A stretch of DNA of 64,000 nucleotides, taken from Eukaryota sp. TZLM1-RC (taxonomy: Eukaryota > Protista > Metamonada: BaSk clade). The notes under the pieces were generated by a model, which saw nothing but the letters and a program-made list of their open reading frames with translations, was not told where the DNA came from and did not search any database. The DNA lies in the NCBI GenBank assembly GCA_040285825.1, contig JAUPSS010000004.1, forward strand, positions 1-64,000. Reading direction: 5' to 3'. The position numbers and the translations under genes were made by a program. Shown piece after piece: positions 23,740 through 38,032 of the stretch. The number at the start of each line of letters is the position of its first letter. Within the stretch, counting starts at the first letter, position 1.

Positions 23740-26700
23740 ACCTGAGCAACCTTCTGCGGTTTTTTTCATTTCCGTACTCCGACTTTGGGATGCGTCTGTA
23801 ACTTCAAACACATTATACTCTTAGTGCCATGATTCTTGGGGGCAGAAGGGTAGACATCACAATTGCCATCAGTGCAGCAGCCTTGCCTAGCGCATTTTGG
23901 ATTTCTATTCCGTAAATCTTGTACCTATCGGTAATTGTAAGTGTTTCGTTTGACTCAATCACTCTTTTGATCTCAATTGTTTATGGATTGGCTTGATGTC
24001 TTCACCGTTGTACTTTCTTCTTGATGAAGACTCTATCGTAATAAAGTTTTCCTGGACAGTATTCTTTTCAGTACATACATCATCTTTTCTGCCAACACTA
24101 TTGTTTTCAAGATTGCCATTGAAACAGAATACATAAATCATTTCTTCATGTATCAAACCTGCCTTGTATCACTTGTGCATAAGCATGTTTCCACAGAAAG
24201 TGTGAAAACACAATAACATTCAACAGCGTTTTAAACACTCATATGGATATTACAATTCAAAGATTTATTGTCAAGTGTGGAGTCTTTTTGTCATATAAGA
24301 AATGGGGATTTCAAATGAAAACTATGCCAAATTGTTTTAGCTTTTTTGGTGCAGTATTTTTGATCAATAGAGCATCTGATTTCGTGTACTGATTTTGCAA
24401 TAAAAGTGTTTGTTGAATTTATGAAATTTTAAATTTATTTTTTATTTATGTTTAATAAAAAAAAGAAAAACTTCTTTATCAATGTAAAAGTTCACGCAAC
24501 AATGTTTTTCTACACCAAAAATGTGATCAAGAACACATGCTGTATCTATAAACTTGAAAACTTCTCTTGTAAAATGCGCCATTCGTTTCGATTTTTTCAA
24601 AGGCAAAATAACCATGTATAAATTGTCGCAAATGTTGTAAAAAGATTATCAACAAAGGAATTTAAATCAGATCAATGACATGAACATTGGTTTTAATGAT
24701 GCATAAAGCTCAAAATTTTGAAAGAAATACTAATCTAATCAAAAAAATGATAATCGTACAGAAATTAGCGTAACCGTTGCCATATACGAACACATGCAGA
24801 AAACAGGAAAGCAAAACCAAAATTAATTGCATTATGGGTTGGTAAAATTCCAATGTCAAAATTGGAAAATCTGAAGTTTGAAACTTCCAACCTGAGCAAC
24901 CTTCTGCGGTTTTTTTCATTTCCGTACTCCGACTTTGGGATGCGTCTGTAACTTCAAACACATTATACTCTTAGTGCCATGATTCTTGGGGGCAGAAGGG
25001 TAGACATCACAATTGCCATCAGTGCAGCAGCCTTGCCTAGCGCATTTTGGATTTCTATTCCGTAAATCTTGTACCTATCGGTAATTGTAAGTGTTTCGTT
25101 TGACTCAATCACTCTTTTGATCTCAATTGTTCATGGATTGGCTTGATGTCTTCACCGTTGCACTTTCTTCTTGATGAAGACTCTTTCGTAATAAAGTTTT
25201 CCTGGACAGTATTCTTTTCAGTACATACATCATCTTTTCTGCCAACACTATTGTTTTCAAGATTGCCATTGAAACAGAATACATAAATCTTTTCTTCATG
25301 TATCAAACCTGCCTTGTATCACTTGTGCATAAGCATGTTTTCACAGAAAGTGTGAAAACACAATAACATTCAACAGCGTTTTAAAACACTCATATGGATA
25401 TTACAATTCAAAGATTTATTGTCAAGTGTGGAGTCTTTTTGTCATATAAGAAATGGGGATTTCAAATGAAAACTATGCCAAATTGTTTTAGCTTTTTTGG
25501 TGCAGTATTTTTGATCAATAGAGCATCTGATTTCGTGTACTGATTTTGCAATAAAAGTGTTTGTTGAATTTATGAAATTTTAAATTTATTTTTTATTTAT
25601 GTTTAATAAAAAAGAAAAACTTCTTTATCAATGTAAAAGTTCACGCAACAATGTTTTTCTACACCAAAAATGTGATCAAGAACACATGCTGTATCTATAA
25701 ACTTGAAAACTTCTCTTGTAAAATGCGCCATTCGTTTCGATTTTTTCAAAGGCAAAATAACCATGTATAAATTGTCGCAAATGTTGTAAAAAGATTATCA
25801 ACAAAGGAATTTAAATCAGATCAATGACATGAACATTGGTTTTAATGATGCATAAAGCTCAAAATTTTGAAAGAAATACTAATCTAATCAAAAAAATGAT
25901 AATCGTACAGAAATTAGCGTAACCGTTGCCATATACGAACACATGCAGAAAACAGGAAAGCAAAACCAAAATTAATTGCATTATGGGTTGGTAAAATTCC
26001 AATGTCAAAATTGGAAAATCTGAAGTTTGAAACTTCCAACCTGAGCAACCTTCTGCGGTTTTTCTCATTTCCGTACTCCGACTTTGGGATGCGTCTGTAA
26101 CTTCAAACACATTATACTCTTAGTGCCATGATTCTTGGGGGCAGAAGGGTAGACATCACAATTGCCATCAGTGCAGCAGCCTTGCCTAGCGCATTTTGGA
26201 TTTCTATTCCGTAAATCTTGTACCTATCGGTAATTGTAAGTGTTTCGTTTGACTCAATCACTCTTTTGATCTCAATTGTTCATGGATTGGCTTGATGTCT
26301 TCACCGTTGCACTTTCTTCTTGATGAAGACTCTTTCGTAATAAAGTTTTCCTGGACAGTATTCTTTTCAGTACATACATCATCTTTTCTGCCAACACTAT
26401 TGTTTTCAAGATTGCCATTGAAACAGAATACATAAATCTTTTCTTCATGTATCAAACCTGCCTTGTATCACTTGTGCATAAGCATGTTTTCACAGAAAGT
26501 GTGAAAACACAATAACATTCAACAGCGTTTTAAAACACTCATATGGATATTACAATTCAAAGATTTAATGTCAAGTGTGGAGTCTTTTTTTCATATAAGA
26601 AATGGGGATTTCAAATGAAAACTATGCCAAATTGTTTTAGCTTTTTTGGTGCAGTATTTTTGATCAATAGAGCATTTAGTTTCGCGTACTGATTTTGCAA

Positions 26701-26985
26701 TTAAAGTGTTTGTTGAATTTATGAAATTTTAAATTTATTTTTTATTTATGTTTAAAAAAATGAACAAAAACTTCTTTATCAATGTAAAAGTTTACGCAAC
26801 AATGTTTTTCCACACCAATAATGTGATCAAGAACACATGTTGTATTTATAAATTTGAAAACTTCTCTTGTAAAATGCGCCATTCGTTTCCATTTTTTCAA
26901 AGGCAAGATAACCATGTATAAATTGTCGCAAATGTTGTAAAAAGATTATCAACAAAGGAATTCAAATCAAATGAATGACATGAAT
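23740..26985. repeat. ~1150-bp IGS tandem repeat, ~2.8 copies
   Basis: CCTGAGCAACCTTCTGCGG recurs at 23741, 24891 and 26040. The third copy merges into the 460-bp array near 26985. Confidence 0.93.
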
Positions 26986-28532
26986 TAATATATACAAAAT
27001 CAATTGAAAATGTAATCATGAGTTTGTACTGATCAAGTAACACATAGCCAACATTACTCACACACAATTTCACACAAAGTTTGATCACAAATTGATCACA
27101 TCTAGTACATAAGGACTACATGCAACTCACCAAATCACACCAATGACCATTCAACCAATCAAACCAATGACTACTCACATGACCATAGCACGGACTTTAA
27201 CACCACAATTGTTATATTAATTGTCCCAAAATGGACTTTAAAGATTTGACCAATGATTGTAATAAACAACCATTGGTCAATATACGAAACTAGGAACTTC
27301 ATATGAGCCTCAGTAAATCGTATCAAAAACGATACTCTTACACTTACAGCAATTGTTTTATTAGTTTACAACATTCAATTGTATACTTTTTGATTTTTTA
27401 CTTTTTTTACAATTTAATGTTTAAAAATTAATACACTCAATTAATTCAAATATATACAAAATCATTTGAAAATGTAATCATGAGTTTGTACTGATCAAGT
27501 AACACATAGCCAACATTACTCACACACAATTTCACACAAAGTTTGATCACAAGTTGATCACATCTAGTACATAAGGACTACATGCAACTCACCAAATCAC
27601 ACCAATGACCATTCAACCAATTAAACCAATGACTACTCAAATGACCATAACAAGGACTTTAACACCACAATTGTTATATTAATTGTCCCAAAATGGACTT
27701 TAAAGATTTGACAATTTTCACTCAATTAATTCAAATATATACAAAATCAATTGAAAATGTAATCATGAGTTTGTACTGATCAAGTAACACATAGCCAACA
27801 TTACTCACACACAATTTCACACAAAGTTTGGTCACAAGTTGATCACATCTAGTACATAAAGACTACATGCAACTCATCTAATCATACCAATGACCATTCA
27901 ACCAATCAAACCAATGACTACTCACATGAACATAGCACGGACTTTGTCACCAAAATTGTTATATTAATTGTCCCAAAATGGACTTTAAAGATTTGACCAA
28001 TGATTGTAATAAACAACCATTGGTCAATATACGAAACTAGGAACTTCATATGAGCCTCAGTAAATCGTATCAAAAACGATACTCTTACACTTACAGCAAT
28101 GGTTTTATTAGTTTGCAACATTCAATTGTATACTTTTTGATTTTTTACTATTTTTACAATTTAATGTTTAAAAATTAATAAACTCCATTAATTCAAATAT
28201 ATACAAAATCAATTGAAAATGTAATCATGAGTTTGTACTGATCAAGTAACACATAGCCAACATTACTAACACACAATTTCACACAAAGTTTGATCACAAG
28301 TTGATCACATCTAGTACATAAGGACTACATGCAACTCACCTCATCACACCAATGACCATTCAACCAATCACACCAATGACTACTCAAATGACCATAGCAC
28401 GGACTTTAACACCACAGTTGTTATATTAATTGTCCCAAAATGGACTTTAAAGATTTGACCAATGATTGTAATAAACAACCATTGGTCAATATACGAAACT
28501 AGGAACTTCATATGAGCCTCAGTAAATCGTAT

Positions 28533-29210
28533 ACAGTAGACAGTCAATCTTCTTGTTTTTTGAAAGTCTTGCCTATTTCTCAAAATTTCACGTTCTCAGA
28601 TGATTGCTTTAAATACCTAATAAATCTGAGATTGCTTCAAGGAGAACAATTTGTGATATGTCCTTTGTGTGGTTATGGAGACCTAGGCTTAGATCACTCT
28701 TTTCAATGTAGAAAAGTCTCGAGAATGGTTACACAAAGACATAACGAAGTAAATAATTTTATTAACGAATTAAATAATTTTGAATCTGAAAAGGAATTTA
28801 AATTTGGTTTAAATAAGCAGTTACGTATTGATGGCTTTCAAACGTCAACCAAAATTGCTTTTGATGTTACCATAGTTGGAGGTTATGGTAATAATTGGAG
28901 TGATGCTTTTTCGAAAGCTTATTCTGATAAAATTGCAAAGTATTCAATTTTAAAAGAATTAAATTTAATTAACCAAATTGTTCCTCTCGTTTTTAGTGTT
29001 CATGGGGGTTTTTACACTAAAACAAAAGTACTGTTTGACCAATTTGGATGGAATGAGGTAGCAAATGAAATTAGTTGTATCATTTTGAAGAATAGCTTTA
29101 AATGCCACAGTGCATTTAATTATATACTTCAAAAGAAAAGAGAAGATCGTCAATGTTGGTAGGTAGTTGTTTTTTAGTATTCAAGTAGTTTCTTCTTAAT
29201 TTTCAATAAA
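28533..29210 (+). mobile_element. Family B 5'-truncated RLE retrotransposon (678 bp)
   Basis: 12-bp TSD AGTAAATCGTAT (28521-28532 / 29211-29222), AATAAA end, CPLC..H..C..RH..FDVTIVGG..K..KY. Confidence 0.93.
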
Positions 29211-29684
29211 AGTAAATCGTATCAAAAACGATACTCTTACACTTACAGCAATTGTTTTATTAGTTTACAACATTCAATTGTATACTTTTTGATTTTTTAC
29301 TTTTTTTACAATTTAATGTTTAAAAATTAATACACTCAATTGATTCAAATATATACAAAATCAATTGAAAATGTAATCATGAGTTTGTACTGATCAAGTA
29401 ACACATAGCCAACATTACTCACACACAATTTCACACAAAGTTTGATCACAAGTTGATCACATCTAGCACATAAGGACTACATGCAACTCACCTCATCACA
29501 CCAATGACCATTCAACCAATCACACCAATGACTACTCAAATGACCATAGCACGGACTTTAACACCACAGTTGTTATATTAATTGTCCCAAAATGGACTTT
29601 AAAGATTTGACCAATGATTGTAATAAACAACCATTGGTCAATATACGAAACTAGGAACTTCATATGAGCCTCAGTAAATCGTAT

Positions 29685-30362
29685 ACAGTAGACAGTCAAT
29701 CTTCTTGTTTTTTGAAAGTCTTGCCTATTTCTCAAAATTTCACGTTCTCAGATGATTGCTTTAAATACCTAATAAATCTGAGATTGCTTCAAGGAGAACA
29801 ATTTGTGATATGTCCTTTGTGTGGTTATGGAGACCTAGGCTTAGATCACTCTTTTCAATGTAGAAAAGTCTCGAGAATGGTTACACAAAGACATGACGAA
29901 GTAAATAATTTTATTAACGAATTAAATAATTTTGAATCTGAAAAGGAATTTAAATTTGGTTTAAATAAGCAGTTACGTATTGATGGCTTTCAAACGTCAA
30001 CCAAAATTGCTTTTGATGTTACCATAGTTGGAGGTTATGGTAATAATTGGAGTGATGCTTTTTCGAAAGCTTATTCTGATAAAATTGCAAAGTATTCAAT
30101 TTTAAAAGAATTAAATTTAATTAACCAAATTGTTCCTCTCGTTTTTAGTGTTCATGGGGGTTTTTACACTAAAACAAAAGTACTGTTTGACCAATTTGGA
30201 TGGAATGAGGTAGCAAATGAAATTAGTTGTATCATTTTGAAGAATAGCTTTAAATGCCACAGTGCATTTAATTATATACTTCAAAAGAAAAGAGAAGATC
30301 GTCAATGTTGGTAGGTAGTTGTTTTTTAGTATTCAAGTAGTTTCTTCTTAATTTTCAATAAA
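29685..30362 (+). mobile_element. Family B copy (678 bp), tandem duplicate of the previous one
   Basis: Same TSD (29673-29684 / 30363-30374) and same 5' junction; 1152-bp period. Confidence 0.93.
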
Positions 30363-32825
30363 AGTAAATCGTATCAAAAACGATACTCTTACACTTACAG
30401 CAATTGTTTTATTAGTTTACAACATTCAATTGTATACTTTTTGATTTTTTACTTTTTTTACAATTTAATGTTTAAAAATTAATACACTCAATTGATTCAA
30501 ATATATACAAAATCAATTGAAAATGTAATCATGAGTTTGTACTGATCAAGTAACACATAGCCAACATTACTCACACACAATTTCACACAAAGTTTGATCA
30601 CAAGTTGATCACATCTAGCACATAAGGACTACATGCAACTCACCTCATCACACCAATGACCATTCAACCAATCAAACCAATGACTACTCAAATGACCATA
30701 GCAAGGACTTTAACACCACAATTGTTATATTAATTGTCCCAAAATGGACTTTAAAGATTTGACCAATGATTGTAATAAACAACCATTGGCCAATATACGA
30801 AACTAGGAACTTCATATGAGCCTCAGTAAATCGTATCAAAAACGATACTCTTACACTTACAGCAATTGTTTTATTAGTTTACAACATTCAATTGTATACT
30901 TTTTGATTTTTTACTTTTTTTACATTTTAATGTTTAAAAATTAATACACTCAATTGATTCAAATATATACAAAATCAATTGAAAATGTAATCATGAGTTT
31001 GTACTGATCAAGTAACACATAGCCAACATTACTCACACACAATTTCACACAAAGTTTGATCACACGTTGATCACATCTAGTACATAAAGACTACATGCAA
31101 CTCACCTCATCACACCAATGACCATTCAACCAATCATACCAATGACTAATCAAATGACCATAGCACGGACTTTAACACCACAGTTGTTATATTAATTGTC
31201 CCAAAATGGACTTTAAAGATTTGACCAATGATTGTAATAAACAACCATTGGTCAATATACGAAACTAGGAACTTCATGTGAGCCTCAGTAAATCGTATCA
31301 AAAACGATACTCTTACACTTACAGCAATTGTTTTATTAGTTTACAACATTCAATTGTATACTTTTTGATTTTTTACTTTTTTTACAATTTAATGTTTAAA
31401 AATTAATACACTCAATTAATTCAAATATATACAAAATCATTTGAAAATGTAATCATGAGTTTGTACTGATCAAGTAACACATAGCCAACATTACTCACAC
31501 ACAATTTCACACAAAGTTTGATCACAAGTTGATCACATCTAGTACATAAGGACTACATGCAACTCACCAAGTCACACCAATGACCATTCAACCAATCAAA
31601 CCAATGACTACTCAAATGACCATAGCAAGGACTTTAACACCACAATTGCTATATTAATTGTCCCAAAATGGACTTTAAAGATTTGACCAATGATTGTAAT
31701 AAACAACCATTGGTCAATATACGAAACTAGGAACTTCATGTGAGCCTCAGTAAATCGTATCAAAAACGATACTCTTACACTTACAGCAATTGTTTTATTA
31801 GTTTACAACATTCAATTGTATACTTTTTGATTTTTTACTTTTTTTACAATTTAATGTTTAAAAATTAATACACTCAATTAATTCAAATATATACAAAATC
31901 ATTTGAAAATGTAATCATGAGTTTGTACTGATCAAGTAACACATAGCCAACATTACTCACACACAATTTCACACAAAGTTTGATCACAAGTTGATCACAT
32001 CTAGTACATAAGGACTACATGCAACTCACCAAATCACACCAATGACCATTCAACCAATCAAACCATTGACTACTCAAATGACCATAGCACGGACTTTAAC
32101 ACCACAGTTGTTATATTAATTGTCCCAAAATGGACTTTAAAGATTTGACCAATGATTGTAATAAACAACCATTGGTCAATATACGAAACTAGGAACTTCA
32201 TATGAGCCTCAGTAAATCGTATCAAAAACGATACTCTTACACTTACAGCAATTGTTTTATTAGTTTACAACATTCAATTGTATACTTTTTGATTTTTTAC
32301 TTTTTTTAAACATTATTCGCAAATTTGGAAATGAAGAAATTCAAAAAAGAATTGACACACTTATGGAATGTAAAGTACCATTCTCAATGAACAATTCCAT
32401 ATTAAATTCTGACATGGCTGATCGGTAATGGCTGTCCGTATTAATTGATCTACCTGCTAGAGTCATTGAATTTACAAGTAATTCTTCCTAGAATATAGTA
32501 ACTACTGCGGAATAACTTTAAGTATGGAAAATTGGTCAGAAACTGTCTGATGGATCGACTTTCAGTTTCACAATGCTTAGAGATTAGATGATTGATTGAT
32601 CGATTATTAAAGATTGCCTTGGGGGAGCATTCAACTGTTGTAATTTATTTGGTTGTTAAGTCACCCAAAATTTGTTATTTTGTCGCTTTCGTTCAAAATA
32701 ATAATTTTTAAAATTGTTGAGTAATTTCATCACCATTTCCATCAGCAAAGCGAATCCCAATTGAAATGGAGATTGAAGAACTTGAAAGATTTTGTCATCA
32801 AATAGCAAAAAGATATATAGATTTA

Positions 32826-33834
32826 TTAATCACCATGTTTAACTTTTTTTGCCTCTACATGGCCCTCAGAAAGCCGTTTTTTCCCAGCAAATTTATAATC
32901 AACTTGACTAAAACAAGTAGAATGATACAAAACTCCATCATCATCTAGGACCACATCATCATACATCCATTCGTCTTCATCTTCGTCATATTCCAGGTTA
33001 AATTCTTCAGCACACACAGGACATGCTTTCATATCTGTAGAGACAGAATCAGCAGAGACCCTGGGCTTTTTTTCGGTTTGTGGTTCAGGTGTTGTGAGCG
33101 ATTCGGCACGTTGTTTAGTACCATATGTGACCCAATTCTAAGGTGAACAAAACAAAGAACAAACGTTTGCATCAAGATATAAAGACCGCTTTTGTAATTT
33201 TGACTTTTTAGATGTTTCGACATGCGAATCCATATGTTTATTACGAGAATCATCATCCTCAAAACGAATCGCACACAATGGACACTGTGAGGGACGGCTA
33301 TACATTTTTTCAACAATGTCCTTTCTAGTAGCTTTAGATAGGGACTGTTGTACTGTAGTAGAAGGTGTTGATGTAGTTCCAATAACATGTGGACGTGTTG
33401 GTACCGGAGGCGATAGTTTCTCTGAGATTGTACGGTATACATAAGGCAAGAGAGGCTTCCAGGTTCCTAATAGTGTTAACAGCTCATGTTTTGTTGCAGG
33501 ATCACACGTGTTGTACACCTCAAAGAACAAACGATCCATGCTTTCCGAGAAAAGCTGGAGATATATTCCTCCCACATTTTTGACAATACAATCGGCAAGA
33601 TACAATGCAGGAAGCTTCTCATGTGGATGGGCCTAGTTTGAGCAAGGAAAAAAGACTTCATACGTTGTGTATTCTATATTCAATGGCATAAACAACATCA
33701 GGAGCATTATTTATATGCATGGCTGCAATCTGTGTCAGTCTCTGGATTTCATGTAGTTGATTATATCGCAAAAGACCCAACATGTTTATATAGTCATCCC
33801 GTAACGACCGCCGGGGAGGATGTGCTGGATACAT
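32826..33834 (-). CDS. PCF11: Pcf11-like cleavage/polyadenylation factor (CID domain + zinc fingers); exons 33834-33664, 33632-33165, 33137-32826 (316 aa)
   Basis: KLPALYLADCIVKNVG..Y..F..LLGTWK (CID), QCPLCAIRF..H...H and CPVC.E.F...YD...EWMY...YH..C. Removing GT-AG introns of 31 nt (33633-33663) and 27 nt (33138-33164) gives one frame. Confidence 0.9.
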
Positions 33835-36331
33835 CTTTTGTTTCTTATGTAATGCTTTTGCAATAGTGGAGAGGAAAAGTGAAACGAAACCCTCTCCGAT
33901 TTTACTAGTGTCACAGAATTGTGCACATAATTGTAAGGTCCTATTTTTTATCAAATCCTCTATACCCAACCCTCTTTTCGCCCCTAGACAGCTATCAGGT
34001 GGCTACTGCTAATGGTGGCTATCTAAAGGATTTTATGGGGATCATGGTTCTCCTCAACAAACGTGGTTCTAAAATATATTTTGTCAATTAATTTTTTTTT
34101 AATTTTAATTTTATTCAAAACCTATAAATCAACATCTAAAAAATCCATCTCTCCCAGAACAAAAACACTAGATGCAACTCTCTCATAGTGAGATCCAAGA
34201 GAAAGCAAAGCATCAGAAACCATCTTCAACATCCCCTTAAAAATAGAAAACACAATTCTATTTTGTCAATTAAGGTTGTTGAGATGTAAAACTTAACACC
34301 AACAGTACACAATTCAATCACACACATTTGTTGTGACTATTCATGCACTTGTTCTCTATGTAATAGAATAAATACTGATTGTTTTATTGACATGACATAT
34401 TCCTATTTGTTTAAAAAGTCCATTTAAGAAAATTTATCACAAAATACAGAATAAAAACAAGAAAAAACACTGCATAGATAATTGAGACAATAAATTGAAT
34501 TGTTTGTTTGATACAAAAAGAGCCACAAAATGAGTGGAAATTCCAAAAATAAGATTAACTGTGCATAAGATCAACTTCAACTGTAGCATGGTAGATGTCG
34601 TAGTTTCTCCAGCATAGAGGTAACTTGAGAAACAAACCTTCTGTAAGTTTCTCAATTGCCATGGACTGGCCTAAAAGAGCTTGTTCTACTTAAACAGGGA
34701 TGGAGGTTGTATCGGAAAGAGACGAACTTCACTAGTGGACGGGCGTTGGGGTAACAGTGGGGAAGCGCTAGATCAAACACAAATGGGATTTTTTTCAAAA
34801 GGAATATCTTCAGATCCTATAATGACAGCAGCAAACAGGGTAATATTTCTGGCTGATTGGAAAATATGGATATTAGTTAGTAGCTCAAACAAAGACCTCA
34901 ACTCCTGAGAAATTCATTTTAACCAAGTTAGAGAGAGACGACGAGGAAGAAACCTGGGATGAGTTTAAAAGAGAGTGTATTGGAAACTCTGAATCACAAG
35001 TCATTAAACTTCTAGCAAACTCGGCGTTTAAAAGTTCGGGATCAAGTGCAGTCTTTGAATCAGTCCCCGTACGAACTGACGTAATAAGAGCAAAAGAGTC
35101 GGAAGCTGAGGTACAGACTACATCATCCACATAGAAGAGCTTCATGCAGGAACCAGAGATGTGCTTGTTTGGAAAATATGATTGGAAGATGAAGTATCTA
35201 TGATGTTCGTTGAAAGATCTAAGTTGATCACATTTTGAAAAAAATACTTTATATAACCTCATTGAAACAACACGTTCCCTTGGTTGAATATGTTACCGTT
35301 ATCACCTAAAACAACTCCTTCAACTGTAACCTTCTCAAGAAGGAGAATAGTTGAGGCAGCTTGAGTATCACGTTTTATTGAGTTTATTTATCATTTTGCT
35401 GATGTTTTATCTTTTTATAGATAAAAGAAGTTGTGAATAAATGAATAAATGAAATTTTATTGTTGACTGTCTGATGTTTTCTCGATGAACATCCCCAAGC
35501 CAATGGCAAATCCAGAGTTGCCACATCGAGGTCGAGTACTGCCTTGGGAGGTTAGACGTCCTGAAAAAAAGACAACCGTTGCTGCTGCAGCTGCCAAATT
35601 CTTCGCCAGTGCTGCAACAGATTCAATGGAGAGACAGCTTCGTTACAAACGAACTGTCAGTGTGCTGGCCTGTCGTCTTGGTCAGTATTTTATACTGATG
35701 CATCCACAGATGGCAAACTGGTTGTACCATTTACAGTTCTGGTATCAATGTCAGGACTTTGTGATGATGGTCAATCCTCCAGTCCGGCGACCCTTTCAGA
35801 ATTACCCGGAGGTCTACGAGGCTCTCTCTTAGGCGTCTGACCCAACCAGGTGGCCCTTTTCCCCTCTGGGTTGTGATGAAAGGACTGACAACTGGTGTCA
35901 TTCGGACATTCGGAGCATTCGTGCACTTCAAAGGGCGAACAGCTTTAGTCAAATTATGACAGATGGAATCCCTTCACACATTTCAACAAAAAAGACTTTT
36001 CCACATACATCATTGCATCGGATAATATATCAATGAAAGTAGCGTTCTCGACTGCCCCAAAAAAACCAAGAATCGCCACACAGCCAAAGAATTGCCAACC
36101 ACCGTAAGCCAGTGGGAAACACGATATGCCTGCCAAGAGTCGAAAGCGAAACTCCAGACTTCAACAACAGGTCCGTCCTAGGCAACGTCGAAGAACTGAT
36201 GACACCTACGAGCGTCTTTCCGTTGATCCAATTGAATACTCATTTTGTGCAATTGATCAGAACCACAAAAATTTGTGTGGTCAATCAATTGGATCAAGAA
36301 TTGATAATAACAATGTTGACTATCAACTTTC

Positions 36332-38032
36332 GGGCATTGTTCTAAATCCAAAAGCAAAAAAAAGAGAAATTGACAAAAAAGGACCTCTTGTCAACATAAA
36401 TTTGCAAAAACAGGACCTTCTCCGATTCAACCTTCCACCAGTAAACTTCTTACCAATGACGTCTACAAACTTGTCCACAAACCTCACGATTTCAACGCCT
36501 ATTCCTCTCGTTTAACTCTACTTTACATAGTATTCGCTTCTGTAGGCCTCTGATCACTCTGGATGGAACACACTTAACTGGTGATTTTGGTGGTGTATTG
36601 CTGGCTGCTTGCACAGTAGATGCGTTAGGTAGAATTTATCCCACTGCCTTTGGTATTTGTGAAATAGAAAACGGTAGAGAATGGCGTTTCTTTTTGAAAC
36701 ATCTGCATGCTTTGTTGAGAACAAATAATTGGACTTTCTTATCTGACCGGCAGAAGGGTCTGATTGATGCTGTGAGCTACATTTTCCCCAATCAGTATCA
36801 TGGTTATTGTGTGAAGCACCTTGCAGATAATGTAGCAAAATGATTTAGAAAGAAAGCTTTATTGATTAAAGTGTGGGAAACAGCTAGGGCTTTGACAGTT
36901 GCAGAATACCAATCCCACTGGGAAGAGATCCGTATTATCTCTCCAAAAGCCAGTGATTATTTGGCAAAAATTGGACCAGATCATTGGGTAAGCGCGTATT
37001 TCCCTGGAGACAGGTATGGTTACTTGACCAGCAATATTTCTGAGTCCCTGAACTCCTGGTTATTAACTGTTCGTGAACTCCCTCTACTTTCGATAATGGA
37101 CGAGCTCAGAAGAAAAATTGGAATTTGGATTCAAGATAGACGAGATGAGTCCAAAAGGAGTGACGGAGGGTCGATGGGTATAGTGAAACCAGTCTATGAA
37201 AAACTGAAGGTCAACGTTGCCAAAGGAAGAAACCTTACGGCCTTGGTTTGTGGAGATGAAGGACAGGAGAGCATTGAAGTTCGAGACTTTGAGAAAGTGT
37301 TCGTTGTAGACTTGAAAGACGGCACCTGTACATGTGGTGAAACGAAACATTGTGGATATGCTTGTTGTCACCTCGTTGCCGCTTGTGTTTTGAAGAAGAA
37401 ATCTCCTTTGGAATATACCAGTTGCTTTTTTAAGATGGAAAGCCTTGTTAACACATATACCATCGGATTAAGACCAATGAGAGGTAGAGACGATTGGGAA
37501 ATTGATGATAAAATGGAAACAGTTCTTCCTCCTGTTTATACAAAGAGAGTTGGTAGAAGACGGAAGAAACGATTTCGTAGACAATCAAGAAAGACTGCGA
37601 AAAGACAACGGTTAGATGAAGAGGAGCTTGATGCAATACTTAAGGGTGAGTTCGATTGTTGTGAAGAAGACGCTGATCTAGATGGAGGAGAGCAAGAGCT
37701 GCATTATCACGAAGAGGAGACGATGGAAGCACTGGACTTTGACATTCATGTATCTGGATTGTCTCCATTGGATGAGCTGTTACAGTATTGAGGTTGAGTT
37801 TTCGATATGTATAAATGTTCATGTTCATAATAAAAGTGTATGTTTAGCATTGATAGAGAATATCAGAATCAGTGACAGAAGTGACAAAGTTTATTAAAAG
37901 AACAATAGGACAGTGATGGAGAAGATAACACCAGTGAGAATGAGAACAAGGGTCCAATTTTGCAAAAGCGTTTATGGATGGACCCAAATCTGCAAAATGA
38001 AAAACTCAGGTGGACCTGTTTTGTCAATGCCC
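36332..38032 (+). mobile_element. Probable extent of a Mutator-like (MULE) element with degenerate termini
   Basis: GGGCATTG (36332) / CAATGCCC (38025-38032) with recurring TTG(A)CAAAA..GG(A/T)CC submotifs at both ends. No TSD found. Confidence 0.45.
36541..37791 (+). pseudogene. MULE (MuDR-type) DDE transposase with SWIM finger; in-frame stop at 36841-36843, N-terminus not seen
   Basis: RPLITLDGTHL..G.LL.A..D...YP.AF...E....W.FFL, SDRQKGL, YC..HL..N, TSNISES.N, CTC....G..C.H. Confidence 0.9.

Larger units (their letters stand above)
26990..32308 (-). repeat. 460-bp repeat array (same orientation as 1-6620) with two family-B insertions and one internally deleted unit (~27713)
   Basis: Same unit sequence as the first array. 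Confidence 0.95.

Noticed and set aside
23959-26455. Short ORFs in the 1.15-kb IGS repeats
   Set aside because: No recognisable motifs; repeated only because the DNA is repeated.
28512-28532. ATG from the repeat (MSLSKSY) fused in frame to family-B fragments in all three truncation classes
   Set aside because: In-frame fusion in three events can occur by chance, several copies are frameshifted or have lost the ATG, and there is no evidence of antisense transcription.
34437-36330. Short ORFs between PCF11 and the MULE
   Set aside because: May be exons or decayed genes, but I recognise no domain and cannot build a gene model.
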